From Eukaryota sp. GEM-RC1 (taxonomy: Eukaryota): a stretch of DNA of 64,000 nucleotides. The notes beneath the pieces were generated by a model. That model saw only the letters and a list, made by a program, of their open reading frames with translations, searched no databases and was not told where the DNA came from. A program made the position numbers and the translations under genes. Position 1 is the first letter of the stretch. Each line of letters begins with the position of its first letter. Location: positions 1,302,001 through 1,366,000 of the forward strand of contig JAUFOQ010000016.1 of NCBI GenBank assembly GCA_040285855.1, given 5' to 3'. This document shows positions 34,031-45,672 of this stretch, piece after piece.

Positions 34031-37000
34031 ATGGCACCAACCACTATACACAACATCAATCTCACAGATGACCAACGTGAGATCTTTAACGCAATCACTA
34101 CCAGCAGACACAACTTCTTTGTCACTGGTGGTGCAGGATCAGGAAAATCTTATCTTTTGCATGCTCTCAAATACTGGTGGAGTAACGTCGGATCTCGTCT
34201 CATGCGTGCTAATGGTGAAATCTTCTTCACTGCAACAACTGGGGTTGCCTCAACTGTTTTTGGTGGACAGACCATACACTCACTGTTTGGTTATAAGTTT
34301 ATGAAAGAAGAAGAATCCATACATGATGTTATTAAATGTATGCCATCAAATGTCAAATTATTGTTAAAAAAAATTACAGCAAGAAATACAATGTTAATCA
34401 TTGATGAAATTTCAATGTTGTCCTCCAAATTGTTTCAACGGGCGAGTGACATTTTGAGTGAGCTTATGTACACTCCAAAATGTCACTCCCCGAAGAAACC
34501 ATTTGGAGGAATTCAGATAATTTGTTTTGGGGACTTTCTTCAATTAGCCCCTGTTGTGAAAAGTCTTGATGGAAAAGGAAATCGAAAAGTGGTAATTTCT
34601 GATTTCGCTTTTTCATCAAGTGCTTGGAACAGTTTAAATTTTAAATATTGTGAACTGGCTGGTAGTATTCGACAGCAATCAGATTCCCAATTTTTTAATT
34701 TTCTAAATCAATTGAGATTGGGTCTGTTAGATAATTTTATGAAATCAATTCTGCGTACTCATTTCGAAACAGCAGAATCTGTTGAAAACCCAACAATTTT
34801 ATACGGAAAGAATACTGATGTTGCTAGAGAAAATTTTAAACAATTCAAACTTCTGGCCAAAATTCAGATTCAATTGAATTTGTAGCTGTTGACAAATTCA
34901 ATGAATCTGAATTAAAATCTCAAATCAGAAAAAGAAGTTCTAGATTTCCAGTCAATGAATCTAATTTGGAAAAATATTATGACATTGAAACTTCTGTGCT
35001 GACAAGTCGCTTGGATGACTTTGCTGAAAAAAAACTAGAATGCGTTGTGGGTGGACAAGTGATGTACACTCAACATAAGCCTGAACTTGGACTAGTTAAT
35101 GGTTCAAAAGGAGTTATTGTTAATTTTTCAGATTCATATATTGATGTTCGGTTCAACGCTGAAGCAGAACCGAAAAGAATCAGTCAGTCAAGGTTTGCTA
35201 TCGAACACTTGAACGAAATCGGAAGACCTGTTCAAGTGGCGAAAAGAATTCAGTTTCCGCTAAGACCTTGCTGGGCGATAACAGTGCATCGATCCCAAGG
35301 TTTAACAATTGACGGGATTGAAGTTGCTATCCAGTTTTGGGAATATGCCCAACTTTATGTGACCTTAAGTAGGGTTAGGTCTTGGAGGAGTTTAAAGATT
35401 TTAAGTATTGGAAGAAGTTATCCGGTACCAAATTTGGAATTGTACCAATGGTATTATTAGACCTGTGCAATCGACTCAAATAGTCGACTAAGTCGACTCC
35501 GCTACATCAGTTGAGTCGAGTCGACTCGTAAAAAGTGCAGTTGAGTCGAGTCGACTCATCTCTTTCCCAAGTCGAGTCGAGTCGACTTAAACAATGTCTG
35601 AGCCGAGTCGAGTCGACTCAAGTCATTTATTACGTTGCATCAAATTATCCCACATGTGGTTTATATATATTATCTTCCATTAAATAGTTCAAGATTGAAT
35701 ACTGAAACAACACCAATTGACTTTCGTCTTTGTGGTGAAAAAAATCAAGTGTAGTATACTAACAACGTTACTACATGTAGTGCTCAAATGATTTCTGTTA
35801 AACCAGTTTCTTGTTTCTGCTCTTTGAGTGTTTACCTCCAACAAAGACCTGTAGAATTCAGCTCTTTCTCCAGATGAGAAATCTACTCTCAATCAAGGCC
35901 TAGAACTGCTTAAACCGTTCTTCGCTGTCACTGAAGCTATTTCGGGAGAATCGTACCCCACCATGAGTTTTCTCGTTCTTTGAGTGACGAAAATATTAGA
36001 GCATCTGCATGTTTGCAGTCATGGAGCATCTTTCTTGGTGATGAATTTGCGTTATAGGCTACTTCAGTACTTATAGACTGTATACTAATAGCTTTTCTTG
36101 TTTCTTGTTATAAAAAAATCCTCCATTTTGCATTTATTTAGACGAATGAATTTCATTGATTGGGCTATTGTTACTGTCGCTACTCAATAGTCGACTCGAG
36201 TCGACTCAAAGCCGAGTCGAGTCGACTACACGATTCGTAGAGCCGAGTCGAGTCGACTCAGATAAATTTCTAGTCGAGTTGAGTCGAGTCGAGTCGTGCA
36301 CAGGTCTAGGTATTATTCAACTTTTCATCCTGTTAAACCATCCACTATTGATTTGTATGTTTTGGGAAATCAACATTGTCTTCAACGAGATTTCAATCAT
36401 TTTAATTCATTGTTTGCAAACTTTTGTGCAGAATCGAGTGAACCAATTATGGATGATGTTGTTGTTCCTGAAATTGTTCATGGTGTTGATGAAATTGTTG
36501 ATGAAGTTATTGTTGATAATGTTGAGGAACAAATTATTGAAAATAATGATAATCAAATTATTGACTTGGAAAAAATCATTTAAACCATTTCGAAAAATCA
36601 AATTTATTTGAAACAGAAGCACTACTATCAGGATCCGATTCTGGTGATGAATCTGATAGTGATACAATTTCAACAAGTTTAGATGATTTTGTTGTAAATG
36701 ATGAACTTGAAGAAGATGAAACTAATATTCCTCCCAAATTTATTAATTGTGACTCAATTTTTAACAAAAATTCCCCAGAGATTGGTGTCAATAAGTCTAA
36801 ACTTCCTCAGTTACCACGAGGCAACATTACTCTACCATCGCTTCCCCGTTTGAAGAAAACCCCTTTACCAACGAAGAATTTATTATTAAAAAAGAATGTC
36901 AGTGCTGGTATAGAAAGAAAAAGTTCCCAAGTATTTCCTCTTATTGATGATGAAAAGCGATTTTGTCTCAAGGAAGTTCAAACTGAAAGCTTTGAAAATG

Positions 37001-37491
37001 AAAAATGTGATTCCATATGTGAATATCAACAAACTGACAATATGCCTTATGAAACAATATCATTATCTCCTATTTTGGAGTATAATCGTGTTGCTACTTC
37101 AAAACAATTGAGAGTGGACTTAACTATTGGAATTCAGTCAATTGTCGATAATGTACTAGATTGTATTGGATCTGAATATGCATCAAGTATGGAAGTGAAA
37201 ACAATAAGAAACTGTTACATTACCGATGTGATTAATAGGGATAATGTTGATGAACGTTATTGTAGTGATGTGCTTGTGGAATTGTTTCATGTTTTGAAAG
37301 AGTATTTGAAAAATGATGAAAAGATTGGGATGTGTGTTTTATTTGAATTATATTTAATTTTGAAAAGATTGGAAAATATAGGTAATTTTGATAGTTTCAT
37401 TTTGTGTTACACATCTTGTAAAACACATCTTGTAAAACACATCTTGTATTACAAATCTTGTATTACAGATCTTGTGTTACACATCTTGTAA
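34031..37491 (+). CDS. Pif1-family (SF1B) helicase with long acidic C-terminal extension; interrupted by a hAT element and frameshifts
   Basis: TGGAGSGKS, TATTGVA..GGQTIHS, IIDEISM, FGDFLQLAPV, RQQSD, GLVNGS, QFPLRPCWAITVHRSQGLT, QLYVTLSRV; frame continues WYY-STFHPVK once 35458-36316 is removed. Confidence 0.9.
35458..36308 (+). mobile_element. Non-autonomous hAT element, copy 2, intact ends
   Basis: TIRs TAGACCTGTGCA / TGCACAGGTCTA; 8-bp TSD GGTATTAT (35450-35457, 36309-36316); transposase relic LKPFFAVTEAISGESYPTMS. Confidence 0.93.
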
Positions 37492-37585
37492 AACACATCT
37501 TGTATTACACATCTTGTGTTACAGATCTTGTGTTTCAAATGTTGTATTACAGATCTTGTAAAACACATTTTGTGTTACAGAAAGC
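37400..37585. repeat. 14-bp minisatellite (ACATCTTGTAAAAC / ACATCTTGTATTAC variants)
   Basis: About 12 degenerate tandem units overlapping the end of the Pif1 gene. Confidence 0.9.
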
Positions 37586-37767
37586 ACTTGTAGTTTTGTA
37601 AATTCTAATATAAAATAGTCAACAATTCAAAAGATCGAAGGTGTTCTTTTCAGTCAACTCTAGACATTAATAGTGAATATCTTTCTTGGCTGGGTTAACA
37701 CATTGATTAGTGAAGACAGATAAGAGTCATGTCTAGGTCAACAATTCATTACACATACGACACTTTC

Positions 37768-37995
37768 ATTACAAATGTTGTAGTTACAAATGTTGTAGTT
37801 ACAAATGTTGTATCACCAAATGTTGTATCACCAAATGTTGTAGTTACAAATGTGGTATCACCAAATGTGGTATCACCAAATGTTGTAGTTACAAATGTGG
37901 TATCACCAAATGTTGTAGTTACAAATGTTGTATCACCAAATGTTGTAGTTACAAATGTTGTATCACCAAATGTTGTCATTACAAATGTTGTACAT
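37768..37995. repeat. 15-bp minisatellite (ACAAATGTTGTAGTT / CCAAATGTTGTATCA variants)
   Basis: About 15 tandem units of two alternating variants. Confidence 0.95.
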
Positions 37996-38884
37996 GTAGT
38001 TATAACTTGGTGTCTTTGTGTCTTCTGATGAATGAAGCTTCATGGACTTGATGTCGTTGACCTTAGTCTCATTCCAGATAGCATCTGATAGAATTGAAAA
38101 ATGCAGTCAAAAATGACTGAAGACACAGCAGTGTATTACACTATCATAGTTGTAGCAAACCAGAAGAGTTGTAGCGAACCTTAGTGTTTTCCTTTGGAGG
38201 ATAAGATGTCAATGTGATGTATGTGTAGTAGGATGGTTGTACAACGTTGAGTTTATTCATGACATGGTTGAACACGGTTCACAAGTCTAAGAACGAACAC
38301 CTGCAAACACGTCTCTATCTTGAAAGAAGCTCAACACTGGATATCAAACGATGTATGGAATCCATCAAAGAAAGTATAAGTGAATCAGTTTGGGGATATG
38401 TGGTTATGGGGTGAAGAGTTTTTGGGGTAAAATGATTTTGGGGAGTATGCACCCCAAATGAATTCAACAGTAGTGTTAAAATATTGATTGGTCATCCTAG
38501 TCAGATCTTCCAAAAATAAAAACTAAATAAACCTCTGCAGTACAGTAGTCTTCAGAAAACACAGGAATAGCTACTGAAATGTGAACCGTCTTCACTATGG
38601 ATTAATCAGGAAATGGGCTCCCAGAACAGTAAATCAGGTCTGTAGATAGATGAAAGGGGGAACTGAAAGAAGTCTTACAGCATTGGCAGAGTGAACAAAG
38701 ACAATTGGTGAACCACATCGTCGCACATGAACACCAGAGAGGCAACAGTACTACACCCCCATCTACAGGGCATCTGCACGAAAAGAGAGAAGGACAACCT
38801 CTATAGAAGAGGGTTAACAAAGCAAAACTCAATCTGGCATGAGCCTTTTTCTAAGTCAAGTTCATCCTCCAAGAACAATCGTGT

Positions 38885-40906
38885 ATGAAACAATCCCTCT
38901 CGCGGTTTGTTAAAGAGCACTTCGGGTATGTGTCAGGGGTTTCTGTTGCGGTCCTGTTAATGGATCATCCTCTCGTATCCCCAGATGATTCGACGCATAC
39001 TTCGTCTGATGATCCCTGGTCACTCATTGGCGTTCACCAGTGTCCTATGACTCATCGTTTAGTGCTAATTTTGGACGCTTCCCATTTGCTAAACCGTTCT
39101 GATGATTTTTCAGTCATCACACTGCGAACTTTGCTGGTGCTGTCAAGTGTTGTGCTGTTTACCCCAGAGTCCTTCCTGGCTTTGTCACAAATCAATATTC
39201 CAGGTCTCGATGTTTTGTCTGTCTATTGCGCAGTTTCTAAGCCTCTTTGCCTCGTCTCGTACACTCCAACCTCTCTTCCTCGCTGCTCCACTTTAGCTGC
39301 CTACTTTGCAGGGTTTGAAACACTTTCGCCTTCAGATTGTGTTTTACCCAATCTCTCAACAACTCTAGCCAATATCTGCTTCAAACACACCAAGACAGAA
39401 CCTTGCGCTACTCACTTCTCTCCCGATTGTTTCTTCAATATTTGGGACACCCTGATGGAGTTTCCGTGTACTCTAGAGATCTCTTCTTCTTTTGCCAACC
39501 CTCTCAGCCTCCGTACATCTACATGGTGGTACTCATCCTTTCCAGAAAAGGTCTCTACAGGCTCTTTTCAATCCAATGCTTGCTACGAAATCTTTTCATT
39601 CACTGCTGTTATCACTGCCTGTCTTAAACATCTCATATCACTCTATCATAAGGGCACAGTGGCAGACCCCGAGCATGACGTAGGCCTATTTGAAATGATT
39701 GCTGTTTTGGTAGAGTTCTCTACCATTTCCCCTGCTTGTTTCTTTTGTGCTCTCATCATTTTAGACCGTTTACGACGAGCAGGAGCTCCACCTCACCTAG
39801 TTCTATCTATGAACAACTGTAATATTCTTTTCCCAGTTGTTCTAAATCTTTGTGCAAAGAGTTTTGAGAATACTACCGTGTCCTCAACTTATTACACTGT
39901 TCTACAAAGCTTTTTCCCACTCAAACTACGCCCTCTAGAGTTGGAGGTCCTAACCTTCCTTCGGTTTTCCCTTAGAATTGATCCTAAAGATCTAAGTCTG
40001 TACATTAGGAAGTCCACTTCCCATGTATTCTCCCAGCACTGTAAATATTGTTCATTCTTCATTAATCTTGCCAATACTAGGTCAAGTCAGGTATGTAAGC
40101 CTGTTGATACTCCTACTACCTGTGCTTTAGGCCACAGAGATTGTATTGTTCAACTGAGTGATTTAGGCCCACCACTTTCCTGTTCTGAGTGCCTGTCAAA
40201 TGATATCATCACGTTCACTCCTTCCGGATTCGTTAGGAGAGCTTGCTCTCAAGGAGTGCTTTATTCATTGATGTTGAGTCCTGAAGCAAAAGAGGCTTCT
40301 AATTTAGGACAACAACAACTTGAGTTTGAGTATTTATACAAAATACCTGGATTTGAGGTATTCTTGCCGCCTAAAATTATTACTAAATCTTACGAAAAAA
40401 CATATACCATCCGTATTGATTTCTTTGCAGACACTGTTGGAGCTCCCCTGTTTACCCTCCACTCAGACAATTACATATCTACTGTTATAAGTTCATCAGA
40501 CTGTATTTGTTCCACTGATTTAATGAAACAAGCAACCCAATCAGAGATTTATAGTCTCCTTTACTCAATTCTTATTGTATTTGAGACCCTCTGGAGCTAT
40601 GGTCCTAGTTTAGTTAGAGGCATGTATCCGTGTAATATGTTTGTTTCTAGAGGAAAAAGTGGTTTGCAGTTTAAGTTTCTTCCTTTTTATGCTGAGAAGG
40701 ATTTGTTGTCCTTTCAAATTTTAAATTTCTTTGACCGATCTCCTGAAGATCTTTGGAGTCCTTTGGGATTTGGATATTACTTTGGTAACTTAATTCGAAC
40801 GTTATGTCCTACAATTTCCCAAGAATTATCATCGTTATTGAATCTTTGCAATCAGACTGATGTCTCTCTTACTGCTTTGAAGAATTTCATAATGAAAATT
40901 CTTTAA
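38885..40906 (+). CDS. Large protein with a central Pho80/cyclin-P-like cyclin box
   Basis: ISPACFFCALIILDRL...NNCNILF..LNLCAKSFEN...LRPLELEVLTFLRFSLRI. Confidence 0.65.
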   Translation: MKQSLSRFVKEHFGYVSGVSVAVLLMDHPLVSPDDSTHTSSDDPWSLIGVHQCPMTHRLVLILDASHLLNRSDDFSVITLRTLLVLSSVVLFTPESFLALSQINIPGLDVLSVYCAVSKPLCLVSYTPTSLPRCSTLAAYFAGFETLSPSDCVLPNLSTTLANICFKHTKTEPCATHFSPDCFFNIWDTLMEFPCTLEISSSFANPLSLRTSTWWYSSFPEKVSTGSFQSNACYEIFSFTAVITACLKHLISLYHKGTVADPEHDVGLFEMIAVLVEFSTISPACFFCALIILDRLRRAGAPPHLVLSMNNCNILFPVVLNLCAKSFENTTVSSTYYTVLQSFFPLKLRPLELEVLTFLRFSLRIDPKDLSLYIRKSTSHVFSQHCKYCSFFINLANTRSSQVCKPVDTPTTCALGHRDCIVQLSDLGPPLSCSECLSNDIITFTPSGFVRRACSQGVLYSLMLSPEAKEASNLGQQQLEFEYLYKIPGFEVFLPPKIITKSYEKTYTIRIDFFADTVGAPLFTLHSDNYISTVISSSDCICSTDLMKQATQSEIYSLLYSILIVFETLWSYGPSLVRGMYPCNMFVSRGKSGLQFKFLPFYAEKDLLSFQILNFFDRSPEDLWSPLGFGYYFGNLIRTLCPTISQELSSLLNLCNQTDVSLTALKNFIMKIL

Positions 40907-41159
40907 CTCATGCACTGGTAGTTTTGTATATTCAAATATTATAAAATATTCAACAATTCAAAGAATAGAGCAGTCGACTTTCGACTGCTATAATAATAAT
41001 AATTAATTAATTAATAGTGAATGTCTCTAAAATGCTTTGTCTGTATAAACACGTTGACGAATTGACTTGGAACAATCAAAGACTGAATACTATTACTAGT
41101 AGTATCAAAATAGCAACTCTCACATCATCCTCATTAGTCCAATAATACAGATAGAATAA

Positions 41160-41919
41160 TTAAATTTTGGCCAAAAAATCTCGGTATTCTTTTTTAATAC
41201 TAGAAGGAATAAAATGACCTCCTTCATGAACAACAATGTATGGATCTATGAAGAAATCAGCCAAAACTTGACTGGCCTCCACAGGAATCTGCTGGTCAGA
41301 CTTCCCCATGCAGTGAAAAGAGGGAATGTGAAGAGGGGAGGAATGTTGTCTTGATGAAATATATATAGGAACTTTAGTGGAAGTTCCATCGTCTAGATTA
41401 TCTCTATAGAGAACCTCGAGTGTATCAGAGGGGAACAGTTCATGCATTGCGGTATTGAAACTATCAGAAGAGTCTGAAAAAGAGGGGAAATGGGGCAGGA
41501 ATCCTGCAAACTGCATACAGAAACGAAGTGGTGGGATATGACGACCACGACACAGAGTCTGGTAGTATTCATGTGCTGAAGAACCAGTAGGAGCATGACA
41601 CAGTGCAGATACAATTGCTGAAAGAACTGCTCCTTGACTGGAAACCCATTATGCCATGTATTGTTGTTCCTGATTGATGAAAATCGTTCAGTTGGTCAAT
41701 AACGTGCACTACACTAGTTTCCAGAGAATGAAGCTGATTCTCTAAAACATCATACCAACCCAATGCTGCAAATTCTGTCTCACAGGGAAGCTTTAAAGGA
41801 GCATCAATGAAGTGAAAGGAAGCAAGTGACTTCAATGCTTTACGAAAGCTGCCAGTTCTTATTCTAAATGAATTACCATTGCTGCGATAGCCATGAAGCA
41901 TTAAGATATTGAGGGTCAT
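41160..41919 (-). CDS. FSH1/OVCA2-family serine hydrolase; one frameshift at the GFSQG motif
   Basis: ILMLHGYRSNG, FIDAP, GIMGF(SQG), PSFHCMGKSD, HEGGHFIP. Confidence 0.88.
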
Positions 41920-41965
41920 TTTGCTCTTCAGAAAAGGCAGGGAACAGTTTCACATCTCCCATTAA

Positions 41966-42916
41966 ATGTCTTATTGTTTCATCACTGGAACTATTCACTG
42001 TGCAACACTAGAGCAGTTCTCTGCCTCTTATGGACCTCCTCTCTTCTGCTTAGGCATAACTGAACACAATTCGTATTCTATTCAGCTCTACAATTGGGAC
42101 TTAGCTAAACTTCCTGAGCCATATCTTCTTGCTCATGTATCTATTTCTTCCAAACCTGTATTTCTTTCATTTACGAATCCCGATTGCAAGTCTCTATTAT
42201 GTCTCACTTCAAATGGCCACATCTTAATTTTTTCTGTACAAATGACTCAATCTGGCTTCACACTTCAACCTTCACATGATCAACAACTACTACACTCCTC
42301 TGACTTCATCCAGTCTGCCGATCTTTCTTTCCAATGGCAGTCTTTGGCAATCGCCACTCACAAAGGGGTCTATCACGTAGACCTTTCCTCTCTATCTTCC
42401 ACACCAATCTTTCATCCTGTTCCGTCTTCTCCTGTTGTTTCCGTGGCAGTCACCTTCTCCAATGAAATACTTGCTGGTTGTCTGGATGGTATGGTGGTCA
42501 ATCTTTCTACTAAGACTTCAATACATCTTCATTCTCCCGTCACTTCCATTTCTGCTTCTCCTCACAATCCTCGTTTGTTCGTTGGCGGGCTTGCCAATGG
42601 TAAATGCTTAGCTTTACAGCTCACCGAGGCATCTAAAACAGTTCTCACCAAACTATCGTGTTTCTCTGTGTGTACATCTTCTCTTACCGGAATTCTGTTC
42701 ATGGGTGATGACGTCATCATTTCTTCATTTGCCGGCAAAGTGACACGTGTCAGTCACTCTGCTTTAGTCAATGAATCTGATATATCTGATGAAGGAATGT
42801 CGTTACTTCTTTCAGAAGAACCTTTAGCTCTGGTTGATACTAGTATTAATGGTTTAGGAAGTTTGCTGTTGACTGTTTCTGAAGCATCGTCAATCAAATT
42901 GATACCAATAGAGTAG
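41966..42916 (+). CDS. Probable beta-propeller (WD40-like) protein
   Basis: 316-aa ORF with blade-like segments (ILAGCLDGMV, SPVTSISASPHNPRLFVGGLANGK). Confidence 0.55.
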   Translation: MSYCFITGTIHCATLEQFSASYGPPLFCLGITEHNSYSIQLYNWDLAKLPEPYLLAHVSISSKPVFLSFTNPDCKSLLCLTSNGHILIFSVQMTQSGFTLQPSHDQQLLHSSDFIQSADLSFQWQSLAIATHKGVYHVDLSSLSSTPIFHPVPSSPVVSVAVTFSNEILAGCLDGMVVNLSTKTSIHLHSPVTSISASPHNPRLFVGGLANGKCLALQLTEASKTVLTKLSCFSVCTSSLTGILFMGDDVIISSFAGKVTRVSHSALVNESDISDEGMSLLLSEEPLALVDTSINGLGSLLLTVSEASSIKLIPIE

Positions 42917-43164
42917 CAAACCTTAAACTAAAATCCATTTATTTAGAATCATATTAAGACACTCGTCTCTTCTTTTTTAATATGTTTTAGTTGATCCTAA
43001 TTAGTCTCAAAAGAGTGTGGAATCATTGTGTTTTTTTGAAGAAGAAACAACGATTCCCAAAAGAACTTAAATAAATCGATCCACCTATCACTTGCACAGC
43101 AAATGAATGAAACAATCAAACAGCTACTTAATCTCAAAAAAGCACAGTTCAATAGTAAAGACCA

Positions 43165-44157
43165 TCAGCTCGAATCGTCGTCAGAATCAGAAGAATTAGA
43201 GTGTATCGGGGGCTTTGAGTTGGGATAAGAATGGGGGAAAGAAGTAGAACTGGAGAAGATATTCATTGGATTGAAAGGTATAATAGAAGTGTTGTGGGAT
43301 TCACTTCCATCAGAGTGTAACAACTTCTTATCAGCAGATTGGTTTGGTTGACTCGTGTTGACTGAAGGATTGGCGGCAGTGAAAGCTTGTATCCACTGTT
43401 GGAAATAACCCACAGTTTGATGTAGATGTCTGTTTTCTTGAGATAGAATAATATTCTGCTGTTTCAAGGATTCTAACTGAGCTCTAGTCTCAGTGAGTTC
43501 CTTTCTCATCACGTCAAATTCTGACCGTCTTCTAGCACGTGATTGAGAGGCAGAATTCCTATTCTTTAATAGTCTTCGTCTCTTCTTTAATTCAGAGATT
43601 TGGTCTTGAGAGAGACCGACAGGGTCGTTTAATAGAGACTCTACGACATCCAGCTCATCTGGAGCAGGATCTTCTTCCATTAACTTTTTATATTGTGGGA
43701 TTTTCAAGAGAGAGTTGGAAAGTTCAGATGACTTGCGTTTTCGTGATCGTTTAGAAGATTCTGAAGGTGAATGTGACGAAGAGGGGGCAGATGGGGTGTA
43801 AGGAAGGACGGGATCCGGATTGACATAAGGAGGCGGTTGGAACTGCAAAAGAGGAACATTGCCACCATTTGGAAGAAACTGGGTAGAAGGATATGTGGTT
43901 GGAACTAAGTTGGCTGTATTGACCCACTGGACATTTGGAAGAGTAAAGTTTGGATGAGGAACAATTGGGAAGGTCTGCGGTTGAGTAGAAAGAGCCATAT
44001 TGGTAGAGTCAGATTGTGTGGCATTGGAGTTGGAAACTGGTTTGTCACTAGATTCTGTGTCCACCGAGGTTGATGAGAACGTATAAGGTGTTAAAGGAGA
44101 TAATGGTGATAAAGGATGTTCAAGATCGTCGATGTCGTCAGTGAAGGTTGATGACAT
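43165..44157 (-). CDS. bZIP transcription factor
   Basis: KKRRRLLKNRNSASQSRARRR basic region followed by leucine heptads. Confidence 0.92.
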   Translation of the reverse strand: MSSTFTDDIDDLEHPLSPLSPLTPYTFSSTSVDTESSDKPVSNSNATQSDSTNMALSTQPQTFPIVPHPNFTLPNVQWVNTANLVPTTYPSTQFLPNGGNVPLLQFQPPPYVNPDPVLPYTPSAPSSSHSPSESSKRSRKRKSSELSNSLLKIPQYKKLMEEDPAPDELDVVESLLNDPVGLSQDQISELKKRRRLLKNRNSASQSRARRRSEFDVMRKELTETRAQLESLKQQNIILSQENRHLHQTVGYFQQWIQAFTAANPSVNTSQPNQSADKKLLHSDGSESHNTSIIPFNPMNIFSSSTSFPHSYPNSKPPIHSNSSDSDDDSS

Positions 44158-44335
44158 GTCAAGAAAAAGCAAAACAATGTCTTTTCTTGATGTGTACTAT
44201 TTCCCATACAGTATACCACTGTCCGACGGTTCTACAAAACACGTTGTAACTAAATTGATCATATACATTAAGACTTATTGATGTTTTGGAATTTACCAAA
44301 TTGTTAGGTAATGATTAATTAAAGCTTCAAACATA

Positions 44336-45464
44336 TCGTCGAGGTCCTAATACAAGCAAGGTCCTAATACAAGCAAGGTCCCAATACAAGCATAGAAGAG
44401 GATATGCTTGTATTGTTTCCCTAATAAACTCAAAGTTTTTTTAAACAATGATGGATTTCGATCTAAAATCTCAGTGGGACATTTTGCAAGAATTTTATAG
44501 ATTTCACTTACTCTGGTCCACTCAGTATGATTGTACACAGGTTGTGTGTGTAAAATGTGTAATTATAAGCGCGGCTCTGTATCAGATAACTTGCTGCACC
44601 AATTAACAAACAGAACCAAAAATAGACCAAAACTCTTGAAATACAACTTTGTTACTTGTTGTTGTTGTCATCTTTGATTAAATCAGATACATCTATATCT
44701 CATGCTTTTGTCGTGTTAAACCGGTGTCGAAAAAGCTGCTTTTGCAAACACCACATTTCAAGCACATGCAAAGTGTTAGCTCTTCGGTATCGTATTTTAC
44801 AGGAGGAGTCTGTTATCCATAGTTAATACACTAGCATTCAATAATCCAAAAATATACAGCCTTTTTAGTTTTGTTACAGAGTCACCACAGTGTTTGAGTA
44901 ATACACACCACCACCACTTTGTTGCTTTAAGAGGTACACTTAGAAATATGTTTTTTAAAGTCTATGTGTAGTTATACGGAGAACACAATGCTAACAATTA
45001 CTGGAAATTCCGATGTACAAGTAGAGAAGTAGCAATTGTTATCGTTATAGGAAATACATGTATTGGAACAATGAAGTTTCGAAATTGCCGCTACAAGTCT
45101 ATAAGTTCAATATAATAGACACTGGTCTTAGGGAAGTGACGCCTTCTTGAAGTAAATATGGCAGATATTAAATCTGTTTAAAGCCACACTTGTCTGACCA
45201 ACAAATTGATACAGTAGCATATGCATGTTTTAGTGTTTCAATGGATTAGTACTAAACTATCTTATAGATTGACAAAGATACCTAAAAGATTACTGATTGA
45301 AATTATACATACTAGTATTCAAATTCAATGTTGGGGTACTGAAGATTCTTCGATTATAGAAAAGAGGGATTTAAAGGTCCCTAATACAAGCAGGTCCCAA
45401 TACAAGCATAGTAAAGGGTATGCTTGTATAGTTTTTAAGGTTGCTTGTATTGGGACCTCGACGA
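44336..45464. mobile_element. Non-autonomous TA-flanked TIR element (Tc1/mariner-like)
   Basis: TA|TCGTCGAGGTCCTAATACAAGCAA ... TTGCTTGTATTGGGACCTCGACGA|TA; GGTCCYAATACAAGCA reiterated near both ends. Confidence 0.75.
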
Positions 45465-45672
45465 TATATATATGATTCAGCAATCAAATAACCAAAAATT
45501 ACAATATATGTAAAAGAGTACTTGAAATGATGGTTATAACCGAATATAGTGTTTGTGTCTATCAACTGAACATCTGAACTGATGACTTCTCTCTGTGTTC
45601 GAGTAGGGAAGGACACAGTTTAATGTTTAGAGCGAGCTAAATCAATGGCTAAGCACTGAAAATTCTAAACAT

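Noticed and set aside
34031..35460. Calling the island a canonical Helitron
   Set aside because: No HUH Rep motifs upstream of Pif1 and no TC...CTRR termini were identified.
23461..37491. Programmed frameshifting or a non-standard genetic code to explain the broken ORFs
   Set aside because: Breaks sit at short homopolymers and also hit housekeeping genes (5-phosphatase, Rpn8, FSH1, TRIT1). TAA, TAG and TGA all end normal genes here, so sequencing error is simpler.
37729..38028. TNVV/SPNVV repeat protein
   Set aside because: A by-product of the 15-bp minisatellite, open on both strands.
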